A stretch of DNA of 64,000 nt from an uncultured Verrucomicrobiae bacterium (GCA_963712025.1 CAVQGJ010000010.1:262886-326885), one strand, 5' to 3'. Counted from the first letter of the stretch, positions 28,867 through 39,450 are shown. Made by a program: numbers and translations. Notes: generated by a model from the sequence alone, not told the origin.

Positions 28867-29439
28867 GTGCAGATGCGTCTGCCGCTCATTGTCGGATTGC
28901 TCGCCATGGCTGGCTGTACTACGGTCCCCGGTCCGCGCACCATGGAATGGAATACCATTCTGGCTCACTCGTATGGCGCTTCGGCAGTTGTCACAAACGG
29001 AGAACTCGTGCTCTCCGGGCGTGCCATACGGTCGCGCGCGACGTACGCGGCGCCGGTAATGGTGGAATGCGAACTTCAATCCGGTCTGGTTTCCACGAAC
29101 GGCAGTTTCTACATCAACTTTGTTCCCGAGGGTGCTTCGGTGGAGGCATTGGCGCAGGAATATGTCGGCATCAAGCTGTGCAACGACAACACGTTGGAGG
29201 CATGGGCATCCCGTAGTAATCAGCCGCCGCGTCTAATTGGGAAGTCGGCGGCAATTCCAGTCGACACACCGGGGCGGTACAAGCTCACCGTGGAAGTGCA
29301 GCATGGCGGCTTCACCGCGTATGCCAACGGCGTGCCAATGGCGATTGACCTACCGGTGCCGTACGACAGATTCCAAATCGAGTTGCGATCGTCTCTGCCG
29401 CCCAGCCAATGGGTCGTTCGTGATTTCGCAATCCGCTAA
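28867..29439 (+). CDS. Hypothetical lipoprotein (possibly a jelly-roll/DUF1080-like fold)
   Basis: Lipobox LLAMAGC; no catalytic motif. Confidence 0.5.
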   Translation: MQMRLPLIVGLLAMAGCTTVPGPRTMEWNTILAHSYGASAVVTNGELVLSGRAIRSRATYAAPVMVECELQSGLVSTNGSFYINFVPEGASVEALAQEYVGIKLCNDNTLEAWASRSNQPPRLIGKSAAIPVDTPGRYKLTVEVQHGGFTAYANGVPMAIDLPVPYDRFQIELRSSLPPSQWVVRDFAIR

Positions 29440-29484
29440 GCAGGCGGACTTGACCGCACCGCATGGCTCACCGATGATGGACGC

Positions 29485-30279
29485 ATGCGCGTCACGTTTT
29501 TGGGCACCGGCACCAGTCACGGAATCCCGATGATCGGGTGCGACTGCCCGGTGTGCCGCTCGGAGAATCCGCGCAACAAACGGCTACGGCCTTCGGTTTA
29601 CGTCGAGAATGGCGACCAGCGCCTCCTCATCGATGCCACCCCGGATTTCCGCACCCAGGCGCTCCGGGCCAACATCCGGCGCGTGGACGCCGTGCTCATG
29701 ACGCATACCCACGCCGACCACATGCTCGGGCTGGACGATTTGCGCGTGTTCTGCCAGCGCACCGGCCGGAAGATGCCGGTTTACGGTTCTTCGCATTCGG
29801 TCGAAACCATTCGACGAATGTTTCCCTATGCTTGCCTGGACAAACCGGAATGGCCGGGCGTGCCGAGACTCGAACTTCACACCGTAGAGGCATATGAATC
29901 GTTTGAAGTTCCGCCGACGCCCGTTCGCGCCCTGCCGGTGGCGCATGGACGGATGACCGTGTTCGGGTTTCTGTTGGCGCGGGATGTGGCCTACATTACG
30001 GATTGTAAGACCGTGCCAACCGACGTTGTGGAGGCGATTCGCGGTGTCCCGGTCCTTGTGCTCGATGCGCTACGGGATCGTGAACACCCGACGCACCTGA
30101 CGATTGACGAGGCGCGCGGCGTGGCGGAACAAGTGGGCGCGAAATTGACGCTCTTGACGCATCTGTGCCACGAGGCCGAGCACGAAGCCGTCGAGACCAG
30201 GCTACCGCCGCACGTGCGTGTGGCGTACGACGAAATGCAGGTTGAGGTGATCCATGGCGATGTGCGCGTTCTGGCGTGA
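29485..30279 (+). CDS. MBL-fold metallo-hydrolase (PhnP/GPMA-like)
   Basis: THTHADHMLGLDDL (HxHxDH) near the N-terminus; later H/D ligands. Confidence 0.8.
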   Translation: MRVTFLGTGTSHGIPMIGCDCPVCRSENPRNKRLRPSVYVENGDQRLLIDATPDFRTQALRANIRRVDAVLMTHTHADHMLGLDDLRVFCQRTGRKMPVYGSSHSVETIRRMFPYACLDKPEWPGVPRLELHTVEAYESFEVPPTPVRALPVAHGRMTVFGFLLARDVAYITDCKTVPTDVVEAIRGVPVLVLDALRDREHPTHLTIDEARGVAEQVGAKLTLLTHLCHEAEHEAVETRLPPHVRVAYDEMQVEVIHGDVRVLA

Positions 30280-31954
30280 AGCGACAATCGGATCGCTTGT
30301 AGCGGCGGCGCTTCTGGCGCCCATCCACGCTGTACGGGCCGACGACCTGGCGAAGGCGGTGGTGATCGTCTACAACGTCGAAGACCCCGACAGCCGGCCG
30401 CTGGCTGATTATTACGCGCTGAAGCGGGGTGTGCCCGGCAACCAAATCTGTGAAATCGACGTCCGCCCGTCCGAAACCATCACGCGCGCCGAATACAACC
30501 AGAAGATCCGCGACCCGATCGGGGACTTCCTGGTCCGCCAAGGCCTGATTCATCAGGAACCCAGGACGATTTTCGATTCGATCCTCGGAAAAATCCCGGG
30601 ACTGGGAACGGTCAGCACAAAAGTGTCTTGCATCGTGTTGATGTACGGCGTGCCGCTACGGATCGACAACGATCCGAACTTGTCGGAACTGGTGCCCGAG
30701 ACGGCAAAGAAGGAATTTCGCCGCAACGACGCCTCCGTCGAAAGCGAACTGGCGACATTGCCCAACCCCGGCGCGCCCATTGCAGGGTTCTTGAAGAATC
30801 CATTCTTCGGAAGCGCCTCGACGCATTTCGAAGCGCCTCTCAACAGGACGATGTTGCTGGTCGGCCGCTTGGATGGTCCCGATCCGGCGACGGTACGTCG
30901 AATGATCGATGACGCGTTGACCGCCGAGCGATACGGCCTGCACGGTCGCGCCTACTTCGATTGGCGAGACACGCACGACAGCGGGTACGTGCAAGGGGAC
31001 GATTGGATTCGCGGGGCGTATCGCGCCTGTCGCGATGCCGGGTACGAATGTGATTATGACGATCGACCCGAGACATTCGATGAGGATTATCCCATGACCG
31101 ACGTCGCGATTTATGCGGGCTGGTACGCGCCCAACATTTGCGGTCCGTTTGTCCGTCCGGATTTTCATTTCCGCACCGGGGCGCTCGCGTACCACATCCA
31201 CTCGTCCAGCGGCGCGAGTGTGCGGACGCGGACGGCATACTGGGTCGGGCCGCTCCTGGCCAAGGGCGCGGCGGCCACCATGGGCAACGTCTTCGAGCCG
31301 TATCTTACACTCACGCCGCACATCGATATGTTTTTCCAGCGGTTGCTGGACGGCGCGACGTTCCTGGAAGCCGGCTATTACAGCGAACCCGTGCTGAGTT
31401 GGCAGACGACGTTTGTGGGAGATCCTCTCTATCGTCCGTTTGCTGCGTCATTGGACGAGCAGGTCCAGCGTCTCGAGGCCGACCACCAGCCAGACGTTGA
31501 ATGGGCGTACCTGCGCAAGGTGAACCTGCTGGTGATCGAGGGCCAGTCCCCGGCGGCCGAGGAGCTCTGCCGGTCCAAAGCGGGGACATTGCACAGCCAG
31601 GTCCTCTTTGAAAAACTGGGTGACCTGCTGCAGGCCGCGCACCGGGAAACTGGCGCCATCGAGGCGTATGCCAAAGCCGACGAGAAAATGGGCAACCCCT
31701 ACCACCACATTCGAGTGGCCACCAAGACGGCGGCAGCCTATGAAGCGGACCGTCAGACCCTCCGCGCGTTGGCCGTGTACGAAAACCTCGTTTCCTCCTA
31801 TCCGTCGAACCACAACGTGGTCGCATTCTGCACCCATGCTCGCGATCTGGCGGGCGCGCTTGGTGACGATGCGAAAGTGAAAGCCTTCCAGTCGAAGATC
31901 GACGAGCTGACCGCGCCGCCGCCGAAGGAAACCGGCCAACCGGAAAAGAAGTGA
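30254..31954 (+). CDS. Secreted hypothetical protein (566 aa) with a C-terminal TPR-like helical region
   Basis: Signal peptide (SLVAAALLAPIHAVRA); no recognised catalytic motif. Confidence 0.55.
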   Translation: MAMCAFWREATIGSLVAAALLAPIHAVRADDLAKAVVIVYNVEDPDSRPLADYYALKRGVPGNQICEIDVRPSETITRAEYNQKIRDPIGDFLVRQGLIHQEPRTIFDSILGKIPGLGTVSTKVSCIVLMYGVPLRIDNDPNLSELVPETAKKEFRRNDASVESELATLPNPGAPIAGFLKNPFFGSASTHFEAPLNRTMLLVGRLDGPDPATVRRMIDDALTAERYGLHGRAYFDWRDTHDSGYVQGDDWIRGAYRACRDAGYECDYDDRPETFDEDYPMTDVAIYAGWYAPNICGPFVRPDFHFRTGALAYHIHSSSGASVRTRTAYWVGPLLAKGAAATMGNVFEPYLTLTPHIDMFFQRLLDGATFLEAGYYSEPVLSWQTTFVGDPLYRPFAASLDEQVQRLEADHQPDVEWAYLRKVNLLVIEGQSPAAEELCRSKAGTLHSQVLFEKLGDLLQAAHRETGAIEAYAKADEKMGNPYHHIRVATKTAAAYEADRQTLRALAVYENLVSSYPSNHNVVAFCTHARDLAGALGDDAKVKAFQSKIDELTAPPPKETGQPEKK

Positions 31955-31969
31955 CAAGCCCCCGCGCCT

Positions 31970-32566
31970 TTGTTATCAGGTCGCGCGGACGGGAAAACTC
32001 TGGTGAGCGTGATAGTGCCATTGTTAATTCTTGCGGTGATCCTGCTCGGCGTGCCCTTGTGGGCGGTAAGCGTCTACAACCGCTTGGTGTCGACCCGCAA
32101 TCTGGTTGATAACGCCTGGGCCCAAACCGATACCCAACTCAAGCGCCGCAGCGATTTGATTCCCAACCTCGTCGAGACCGTAAAGGGGTACGCGACCCAC
32201 GAGCGACAGACGTTCGAAAACACAATCAAGGCGCGCAATGCCGCCATGAATGCGGTTGGACCGCAAGCCCGGGCGCAAGCCGAGAACGCGCTCACCGGCG
32301 CGATCAAGTCCGTATTCGCCATCGCCGAGGCCTACCCCGAACTCAAGGCCAATCAGGGCTTCCTGTCGCTCCAGTCCGAGTTGGCCACCACCGAGGGCTA
32401 CATTGCCCAGTGCCGCTCGCAATACAACGACGCGGTGCTGAACCTCAACAACGCCTTGCAAGTGTTTCCCGCCAACACCGTCGCGGGCCTGTTCAAGTTC
32501 CAGTCGCGCGAATTCTTCGGCGTGCCGCCCGGCGCCGAGCGCGAAGCGCCGAAAGTGCAGTTCTAG
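31970..32566 (+). CDS. LemA family protein
   Basis: N-terminal TM helix, then YNRLVSTRNLVDNAWAQTDTQLKRRSDLIPNLVETVKGYATHE: the LemA signature. Confidence 0.85.
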   Translation: MLSGRADGKTLVSVIVPLLILAVILLGVPLWAVSVYNRLVSTRNLVDNAWAQTDTQLKRRSDLIPNLVETVKGYATHERQTFENTIKARNAAMNAVGPQARAQAENALTGAIKSVFAIAEAYPELKANQGFLSLQSELATTEGYIAQCRSQYNDAVLNLNNALQVFPANTVAGLFKFQSREFFGVPPGAEREAPKVQF

Positions 32567-32654
32567 CCGACCGCAATTCCTATTCCTGGTGCAATTCGCG
32601 TTGGACTCGCTGTCACGCGGGTGATAAACAAGCAGCGGAGCCGCTTTAAGCATC

Positions 32655-33449
32655 ATGTTCATCGATACGCACGCGCATCTGTGTTATCCCGACTTCGGTG
32701 AAGAACTCCCGCAGGTGATCGAGCGCGCGCAGGCCGCGCGGGTCACGCAGATCGTCAGCATCGCGACGGATCTGGAATCGGCGCGGAAGACCCTGGAGAT
32801 CGCCCGTCGATTCGACGCGGTCCGCGCCGCTGTCGGGTTGCATCCCGGCGAAGTGCCCAAAGTCACACTCTGCGACATGAAAGAACTGGCCCTGCTGGCG
32901 GCCGAGCCCAAGGTCGTGGCCATCGGCGAGACGGGCCTGGATTATTTTCGGGAGGCGCAGACCGACCTGGCGCTACGTCAGCAGCAAGCCGACCTCTTTT
33001 GGGCGCAGCTGGAATTGGCCAAGCAGCGGCAGTTGCCCGTGGTCATCCACAACCGTTCCGCCGAGCAGGACATTCTCGAGATCCTGCGGGCACACGCGGA
33101 AGGCCTGCCTAAGGACCGTCGTCCGTGGGGCGTGATGCATTGCTTCTCCGGCGGCGAGAAGTTCGCGTTCGACTGCATCGAGATCGGGCTGCTAATCAGT
33201 TACACAGGCATCCTGACCTTCAAGAACGCCACTGCGCTGCGCGAGGTGGCGGAGAAGGTGTCTCTCGACCACGTGATGCTGGAAACGGATGCGCCGTACC
33301 TCGCGCCGGTGCCGAACCGCGGGAAACGCAACGAACCGGCCTACGTGCCGCTCATTGCCCAGGTGCTGGCGGAAGTGAAAGGTGTGACTGTCGACGAAGT
33401 CGCGCGGGCGACAACAGACAACGCCCGCCGATTGTTTCATCTACCCTGA
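32655..33449 (+). CDS. TatD-family metal-dependent hydrolase (DNase)
   Basis: MFIDTHAHL...GETGLDY...VVIHNRSAEQD...HCFSGG...MLETDAPYL. Confidence 0.9.
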   Translation: MFIDTHAHLCYPDFGEELPQVIERAQAARVTQIVSIATDLESARKTLEIARRFDAVRAAVGLHPGEVPKVTLCDMKELALLAAEPKVVAIGETGLDYFREAQTDLALRQQQADLFWAQLELAKQRQLPVVIHNRSAEQDILEILRAHAEGLPKDRRPWGVMHCFSGGEKFAFDCIEIGLLISYTGILTFKNATALREVAEKVSLDHVMLETDAPYLAPVPNRGKRNEPAYVPLIAQVLAEVKGVTVDEVARATTDNARRLFHLP

Positions 33450-33462
33450 GAGAAGGCCGCCA

Positions 33463-34153
33463 ATGGAACTCAAACGATGGGTCAGCGTGGCGATTCGGAT
33501 AGCGGTCGCGCTTATCGTGGGCTTTTTTCTGTTGAGATTCGCTTTTCCGGGCGGGGGCCAAGGGTTTTCTGCGTTGGACAGGTTCTTTCAGATGGCAGTC
33601 GTGATATTCTACGTCCTCATCCTGTTTGGTCTGTTTGGCTGGCCGCTTCTGGGGAGCATCGGCGAGCGGATCGGAAATTCCATTTTCATGCCGAGCGACG
33701 CAAACTTTCAAATCGCGCCCGAATACAGCGTTGCCGAGGCGCAAGCCAAGAAAGGCCGATATCAAGAGGCCATCGACGAATATCGCAAGGTGATCCTCGA
33801 ATCATCCCGACGACATTTATCCGCATTTGCGCATCGCCGAGTTTGCCGCGAAGCAATTGAACGACTTGAAGCTGGCCGAACTCGAACTGCTCTCGGCGCT
33901 TGGAAAAGCCAAGGGGGAAGATTCCACCGCCTTGGCCGCCGGTCGTCTGGCCGATTTCTACCAGATCACGTTGCAGGACCCGGCACGGGCGCTGGATGTG
34001 ATGAAACAATTACGTGAAAAAATTCCGGGCACGAAACAGGCAACGCTGGCGGAACAACGCATCACGGTGCTCGAAACCATCGCGCGCGACGGCGTGCCGT
34101 TGCCAAGAGCGCACGACAAGATCGCCAACCGTCCATCGCGCTTCAAGATGTAG
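33463..34153 (+). CDS. Membrane-anchored TPR-like protein; frameshifted by one extra base near 33806-33808
   Basis: ORF 33463-34017 (TM helices, ...AQAKKGRYQEAIDEYRKVILES) continues in the +1 frame as PDDIYPHLRIAEFAAKQLNDLKLAELELLSALGKAKGED... (ORF 33827-34153). Confidence 0.6.
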
Positions 34154-34165
34154 GAGTAGCCTGTG

Positions 34166-34939
34166 TCAGTGAAGATGTCCGAAGTACATCGTCGTGACGT
34201 AATCCACGGTGACCTTGCCCCCCGCTTGATGCCGGTCGAAAACCGCGCGCAGCGACTTTAACATCGGTTGGTGATTCGGGTGCCCCGGCGCGGGCGCGTA
34301 AGACGAGGACAGCAGCCGGCCCGTCAGTCCTTCCAAGTCAAAGACCTGCTGATTTCTGAATTCTCGCTGCGTGAATGACTGCGGGGCGAAGAATGCGGTG
34401 ATCGCCGCGATGTCGATGTTTCGGTGGTTCACCTGCTTGTAGTCGGTGCCGTACTTCTGGAGCAATTCCTCGTACTCACGCAGGAACGGGGACACGTCCG
34501 TCTGTCGGTCGTTCCAGATCAACACGACCCAGCCGTCCGTCCTCACAATGCGCGCGAACTCGTTGCGCGCCCGCCCGCGGTCGAACCAATGAAACGCCTG
34601 GCCCGCTGTGATGAAATCCACTGAACGATTCGCCAGCGTCGTGGCCTCCGCAGTGCCGTTGACGCTTGTGAAGTTGGGATACGGTTTCAGCAATCGTTCG
34701 CCCGCCTCGCGCATCTCGCGGTTCGGCTCGACCCCGAACACCGGATTCCCGTGTTTCAGGAACAACTCACTCAAGATGCCCGTTCCGGATCCGACGTCGG
34801 CGATCACGGATGTCTCCGTCAGCCCGCATTCGCCCGCCAACGTGTCAATCACCGCGCCCGGATAGCCCGGACGGTACTTGACGTAATTCTCCACGCGATT
34901 GGAAAAGCGTCGGGTGGGATTGGTGGCCGTTTCGCCCAT
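34166..34939 (-). CDS. Class I SAM-dependent methyltransferase
   Basis: Motif I IADVGSGTGILSELF, post-I GVEPNREMRE, motif II ANRSVDFITAGQAFHWFD. Confidence 0.85.
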   Translation of the reverse strand: MGETATNPTRRFSNRVENYVKYRPGYPGAVIDTLAGECGLTETSVIADVGSGTGILSELFLKHGNPVFGVEPNREMREAGERLLKPYPNFTSVNGTAEATTLANRSVDFITAGQAFHWFDRGRARNEFARIVRTDGWVVLIWNDRQTDVSPFLREYEELLQKYGTDYKQVNHRNIDIAAITAFFAPQSFTQREFRNQQVFDLEGLTGRLLSSSYAPAPGHPNHQPMLKSLRAVFDRHQAGGKVTVDYVTTMYFGHLH

Positions 34940-34984
34940 ACGAGACGATTTTAGCAGAAGACAAACGGAGTTGCGAACTGCGCC

Positions 34985-36298
34985 TTACAAACTCCGGTAA
35001 TAAAACCCGGCGCTCTCGGCGGCTTTGCGGTCGAAGAGGTTCTTGATGTCGATCAGGACGGGCGGGGACATCTTGGCCTTGAGCTGGTCGATCGTCAGTG
35101 AGCGAAAGGCGCTGTGCTTGTTCGCCACGAGAACGCAGTCACACTTCGGCACCTTGTCGAACTCGACGTTTTCGATGCCGAAATACTTGCGGACGATGTC
35201 GGCGGAGAGCAACGGGTCGCAACCGAGCACTTTGATGCCGAACCCCTGAAGGTACGTGATGGTGTCGTGGACCTTGCTGTTGCGAATGTCGGGCACGTTC
35301 TCCTTGAATGTCAGCCCGAGGATCACCACCGTTGCGCCCTTGATCGGTTTGCCGACGTGGCTGATGCCTTTGATGACCATCTCGCCGACGTGAATCGGCA
35401 TGGAATCGTTGATCTGCCGGCCCGCAAGGATGACCTGCGGATGATAGCCAAATTGCTGGGCGCGATAAGTAAGATAGTACGGGTCGACGCCGATGCAGTG
35501 CCCGCCCACGAGGCCGGGATGATACTTGTGGAAATTCCACTTGGTGCCCGCCGCGGCGAGGACCTCGTCGGTGTTAAGGCCGAGACGCGAGAAGATCAAG
35601 GACAGCTCGTTCATGAGCGCGATGTTCAGGTCGCGCTGGATGTTTTCAATGACCTTGGCGGCCTCGGCTGTGGCGATGCTGGACGCGTGAAACACGCTCT
35701 TGGCGACGAGCGAATACAGCGCGCTGACTTCTTCCAATGTCTCGGCGTCGCAGCCGCTGACGATTTTCACGACCTTGTCGACGGTGTGTTCGTGGTCGCC
35801 GGGATTGATCCGTTCGGGCGAGTAACCGATCTTGAAATCGCCGAGCTTGAGACCGGACTTTTCTTCGAGAATGGGCAGGCAGACTTCCTCAGTGACGCCG
35901 GGGTAGACCGTGCTTTCAAAAATGACGATGGAACCTTTGCCCAGGTTTTCGCCCACGATCCGCGTGGCGCTGATGACCGGTTCGAGGTCGGGGACGTTTG
36001 CGCGGTCCACGGGCGTCGGAACGGCGACGACGATGTACTTGCACCCGCGCAGTTGTTTCGCGTCCGTCGTGAAGCGGATACTTGGCGACTTGAGGTCGCC
36101 TCCGAGGGTCTCGCCGGTGCGGTCGATTCCCTTCTGAAGTTCCTCGACACGGCGCGTGTTGATGTCAAACCCGACCACGGGGATGTGGCGGGCGAGCGAC
36201 ACGGCCAACGGCAGGCCGACATAGCCGAGGCCGACAACCGCAGCAGTACCCTCAATTTTCTTCATAGCGTTCGCGGACAACCCCGTAACAAATAGCAA
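34985..36298 (-). CDS. Nucleotide-sugar dehydrogenase (UDP-N-acetyl-D-hexosamine / UDP-glucose 6-dehydrogenase family)
   Basis: AVVGLGYVGLPLAV Rossmann motif, VIFESTVYPG, catalytic HCIGVDPYY, GLTFKENVPDIRNS. Confidence 0.88.
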   Translation of the reverse strand: MLFVTGLSANAMKKIEGTAAVVGLGYVGLPLAVSLARHIPVVGFDINTRRVEELQKGIDRTGETLGGDLKSPSIRFTTDAKQLRGCKYIVVAVPTPVDRANVPDLEPVISATRIVGENLGKGSIVIFESTVYPGVTEEVCLPILEEKSGLKLGDFKIGYSPERINPGDHEHTVDKVVKIVSGCDAETLEEVSALYSLVAKSVFHASSIATAEAAKVIENIQRDLNIALMNELSLIFSRLGLNTDEVLAAAGTKWNFHKYHPGLVGGHCIGVDPYYLTYRAQQFGYHPQVILAGRQINDSMPIHVGEMVIKGISHVGKPIKGATVVILGLTFKENVPDIRNSKVHDTITYLQGFGIKVLGCDPLLSADIVRKYFGIENVEFDKVPKCDCVLVANKHSAFRSLTIDQLKAKMSPPVLIDIKNLFDRKAAESAGFYYRSL

Positions 36299-36325
36299 GT
36301 CCCATGCTCGAAATCCAGCCGTTGT

Positions 36326-38326
36326 TCATAAGTGCGCGGCGTTGATGGGATGGACCCGGCTCGGATTCAGCATGCCGGCCAGCAAAATACGCAGTGTATG
36401 GTAGTTCTTGACGTCGATCCGGTGGGTCACAACGTCGGCCGCCAGCGGTTTCACCTCCACAATTTTGTGGGTACCCGGGTCAAAACTCACCTCCAACACC
36501 CCGTCGTTGTAGACGGCCCGGCCATGGTTTTCGTCAACGGCCAGGGAGTAGACCTTGCCCTCCATCCGACCGACAATCTGGGAGAGTCCGTCAGCCTTGG
36601 TGACATAAAACCCGTCGCGCCTCGCGTTGTCGAGCCATATGGCGCGGTCGATGAAGAAGTTCGGCTTCTGGATGAACGGCCCGCCATACTCGGGGCAGAA
36701 CGTATCGCAGTTGCCACACTCATTGCACCAGTCAGCGAAATTAGCGATCTGGTGTTTCTGCTGGATCTTCAACGTGCCGCCGTCGTCGGGCGTCAAGCCA
36801 CTCGCGGTCCAGATGTAGTTGGTGAACTCGATGGTGGTCGGCTCGACTTCGTAATAGAAATTCGCGTCGTTCGGGCACACGGGGATGCACTTGTCGCAAC
36901 TGATGCAGTCGTACAACCACAAGTGCGAGTCGATCCGCTTGGGGACCGCCCGGTTCTTGTCGAAGGTGTAGCGCTCGTCGGCAACCGTGCGGCTCCAAAT
37001 CGGGCTGGTGTTGAGAAAGCCAGCGTAGGTGACGGCGGCGTGGCGGTTGCCCTTCGCATGCGCCAACGCGGTCCGCTCGTTCCCTTCACGTTTCAGGATG
37101 AAATCGCCGATATTGGCGACCCCGAGCGTTTTCATCTCTTGTTCGAGATTCTTCAGGTACTCAAAGAGCCGTCCGTAACCTCCGACCTTCAGAAGGTCCG
37201 AGCAGGTCGTGATGGGAACGAACCCACAAGCGACGCAATTGGCGAAATTATGTTTGTCGACGCCCGCCGAGAAACTGATGGGACAATCGGCCCCGAAGTG
37301 TTGCCGCCAGTGCTCGACGAGCCGCAGGGTGATCACGTGCAGCGGCGCGCCGCTGAGATACATGATCTGGTCCTTCGGGAAAAACGTCTTGTGATTGACG
37401 ACTTCGAGCGTGTTGCTGAACTTCACGCCGACGCCCAGACTGAGCTTGCGTCCCGTCTCCTGCAGCCGGCACATCATCTCCATGCCTTCGTCAAATTTCA
37501 GGCCGGCGTCGATGGCTTTCTTGTTGACCTGTATGTCTTGGAACCCGAGCCGGTCGTGCAACAGGTGATTCAATTCATCAAGACCGAGCATTGTGGGGTT
37601 CATCTTCACCACCACGTCCATCCCGATTTCGGTCAGCAGGAAGTTACAGATCTTTTCGATTTCGGTCGACGGGCAATTGTGGAAGGTGGAAAGCGTGACG
37701 GTCCGGGAAATCTCTTCGGGGTAGGGCAGGTCGCGGTACTGTTTCCAGCGGTCGGGGATTTCCATGCGCAACTGGTCGATATGCTTTTTGGCGTTGCGCA
37801 GGCTGGCGATGAACGCGCGGATCGCCTTGCTGGAAATCCCGGCCAGATCGTAGCCGAGGCTGAAATCATAGATCGTGGATGTTTTGTCGAACCGGCTCGG
37901 GGCAAACTCCAACAGGTTGCTCGCCTTGAGCATTTCGATGAGCATCATCCCGGCGACGTACTCGTGGATGGACTCGTGCAACCGCAGTTCCTGCGAGAAT
38001 TCGATGTTGTAGCCCACATTGGTCATGTCGATGCACGGGCGATTGATGACTAGGTGATCATCGATCTGGACGGTCTTCAGTTCGAGGATGCGCGACCCGC
38101 CGAGCCAACTGAGGACGATGTTTTGCGCCATCTGCGTTTGCGGGCCGGCGGCGGGACCAACCGGCGTGGCCGCGACTCTTCCGTGAAACTTGACGCTCGT
38201 ATCCAGTGACGGATCGGGTCGGTAACACTTCTTCAAGGGCAGATCGAAGATTGTCTCCTGCCGTTCCGGTTCGAGGAACATGCGTTTGACAAGGTCGGAA
38301 AACGGCGCTGGATGCAAATCCGCCAT
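36326..38326 (-). CDS. Dihydroorotate/dihydropyrimidine dehydrogenase-like flavoprotein fused to a 2x[4Fe-4S] ferredoxin domain. The ORF is open to 38830; the likely start is MADLHPAPF at 38326.
   Basis: N-terminal DHOD-like TIM-barrel features (...GPAAGP.., HNCPST..). Two ferredoxin motifs: CISCDKCIPVCP and CNECGNCDTFCP. Confidence 0.65.
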   Translation of the reverse strand: MADLHPAPFSDLVKRMFLEPERQETIFDLPLKKCYRPDPSLDTSVKFHGRVAATPVGPAAGPQTQMAQNIVLSWLGGSRILELKTVQIDDHLVINRPCIDMTNVGYNIEFSQELRLHESIHEYVAGMMLIEMLKASNLLEFAPSRFDKTSTIYDFSLGYDLAGISSKAIRAFIASLRNAKKHIDQLRMEIPDRWKQYRDLPYPEEISRTVTLSTFHNCPSTEIEKICNFLLTEIGMDVVVKMNPTMLGLDELNHLLHDRLGFQDIQVNKKAIDAGLKFDEGMEMMCRLQETGRKLSLGVGVKFSNTLEVVNHKTFFPKDQIMYLSGAPLHVITLRLVEHWRQHFGADCPISFSAGVDKHNFANCVACGFVPITTCSDLLKVGGYGRLFEYLKNLEQEMKTLGVANIGDFILKREGNERTALAHAKGNRHAAVTYAGFLNTSPIWSRTVADERYTFDKNRAVPKRIDSHLWLYDCISCDKCIPVCPNDANFYYEVEPTTIEFTNYIWTASGLTPDDGGTLKIQQKHQIANFADWCNECGNCDTFCPEYGGPFIQKPNFFIDRAIWLDNARRDGFYVTKADGLSQIVGRMEGKVYSLAVDENHGRAVYNDGVLEVSFDPGTHKIVEVKPLAADVVTHRIDVKNYHTLRILLAGMLNPSRVHPINAAHL

Positions 38327-38582
38327 GAACTTGGGGATTACTCTCCGAATTTGACCCCAGAAAGTCAATGTTTCTGACGCTGAGGGCTTGAGCGCGCGGC
38401 GAATGTGCGGCAGATAAGTGCGTATCACGACGAGCTTGCTCCTGCGGTCGGCGTACTGTAAACTACCACCATGACTGGGACAGCAATTGTGCGTGGGAGA
38501 GTGGTCAAGTTTCGGGTGTCGCCAGGACTGGCCCGCGCCCAAGATAGGAACCGTGGCAAGACGATGACCGAACGGCAAGCGA

Positions 38583-39047
38583 TTGAGCTTGTCGAAGTCA
38601 AGCGTCGGCGCCGGTCCTTGCGCGCTGCTCGACCTTATCTTGAAGGCCGTACTTGATACCTGCATTCTGAAACTGGCCACGTTTCCCCGGCCAGATAATC
38701 CCGCCGCGCTCACCGTGGAGCTTGGGCTGCGACGGTTGTTCGAGTGGTGGGTTTCACCAGCGATCCTCGAAGAATACGCCAACGTCCTATCCGAAGAACC
38801 GGAGTTTCTCGGCGAGGTCTCCCAGAACATCGAGCTATGCTATCCGTTGACCCGCCTGAGAATCGTTCGACACGAGCCGGACAATCGTTTCATCGAATGC
38901 GCCCTGGCTGTGAAGGCTGATTACTTGGTGACGGTGAACACGGCGTGCGGTCATTTTGATCGCAAAAGTTATGACGGAGTGCGCGTGATGACTCCCGGAG
39001 CATTTGTGAATTTGGACGCCGTGCAGCCTCTAATCCGCCGGCTGTAA
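38583..39047 (+). CDS. PIN-domain putative toxin (TIGR00305-like). The start is uncertain: TTG at 38583 or 38640.
   Basis: AVLDTCILKLATFPRPDNPAALTVELGLRRLFEWWVSPAILEEYANVL...RHEPDNRFIECALAVKADYLVTVN matches the PIN-family toxin pattern, including the conserved D..D..DN and a KADYLVT C-terminus. Confidence 0.65.
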   Translation: MSLSKSSVGAGPCALLDLILKAVLDTCILKLATFPRPDNPAALTVELGLRRLFEWWVSPAILEEYANVLSEEPEFLGEVSQNIELCYPLTRLRIVRHEPDNRFIECALAVKADYLVTVNTACGHFDRKSYDGVRVMTPGAFVNLDAVQPLIRRL

Positions 39048-39134
39048 TCCAACGCCCACGTTTTGCCTGCGCCAAAAACCGCTCGCCAACAAACGGGCTG
39101 GAGATGTAGGCTTGGCGTCGCGAGGGGAGGCTGA

Positions 39135-39450
39135 ATGACTCACGAACTTCAACTGCGTGTGACATTGGGAAAAGCCGTACGGTCGGTGATAGAACTCGCA
39201 AAGTCTCGTGGAATCGGCCAAACGCTTCCTCGATCTAACTATTCAGTAAGTTGGTGGCAGCCCGGTGGGGACGGTGGTGCCGTTGGGCACACGACTCACG
39301 ACAGAAAATTACCTTAAAGACTGTGAAGTCAGAAGCCCGCGCACCTTCACGAACGCGCACGCGACAAACACACTCAAACGCTCAGAGGCATTGACACTCT
39401 GGAGTCAACTTAGGACACTGGGCGCACCGACACTGGGAAAATGTTTATGA
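39135..39450 (+). CDS. Hypothetical small protein with a possible RHH-like N-terminus; frameshifted at 39261-39265
   Basis: Strong SD (GAGGGGAGG) before ATG 39135. MTHELQLRVTLGKAVRSVIELAKSRG has a beta-strand-plus-helix pattern. Removing one base from GCAGCCCGGTG fuses it to ORF 39265-39450. Confidence 0.35.

Noticed and set aside
36332-38053. 573-aa plus-strand ORF
   Set aside because: It is antisense to the DHOD-like Fe-S protein gene, which carries ferredoxin CxxCxxCxxxCP motifs; this is a shadow ORF.
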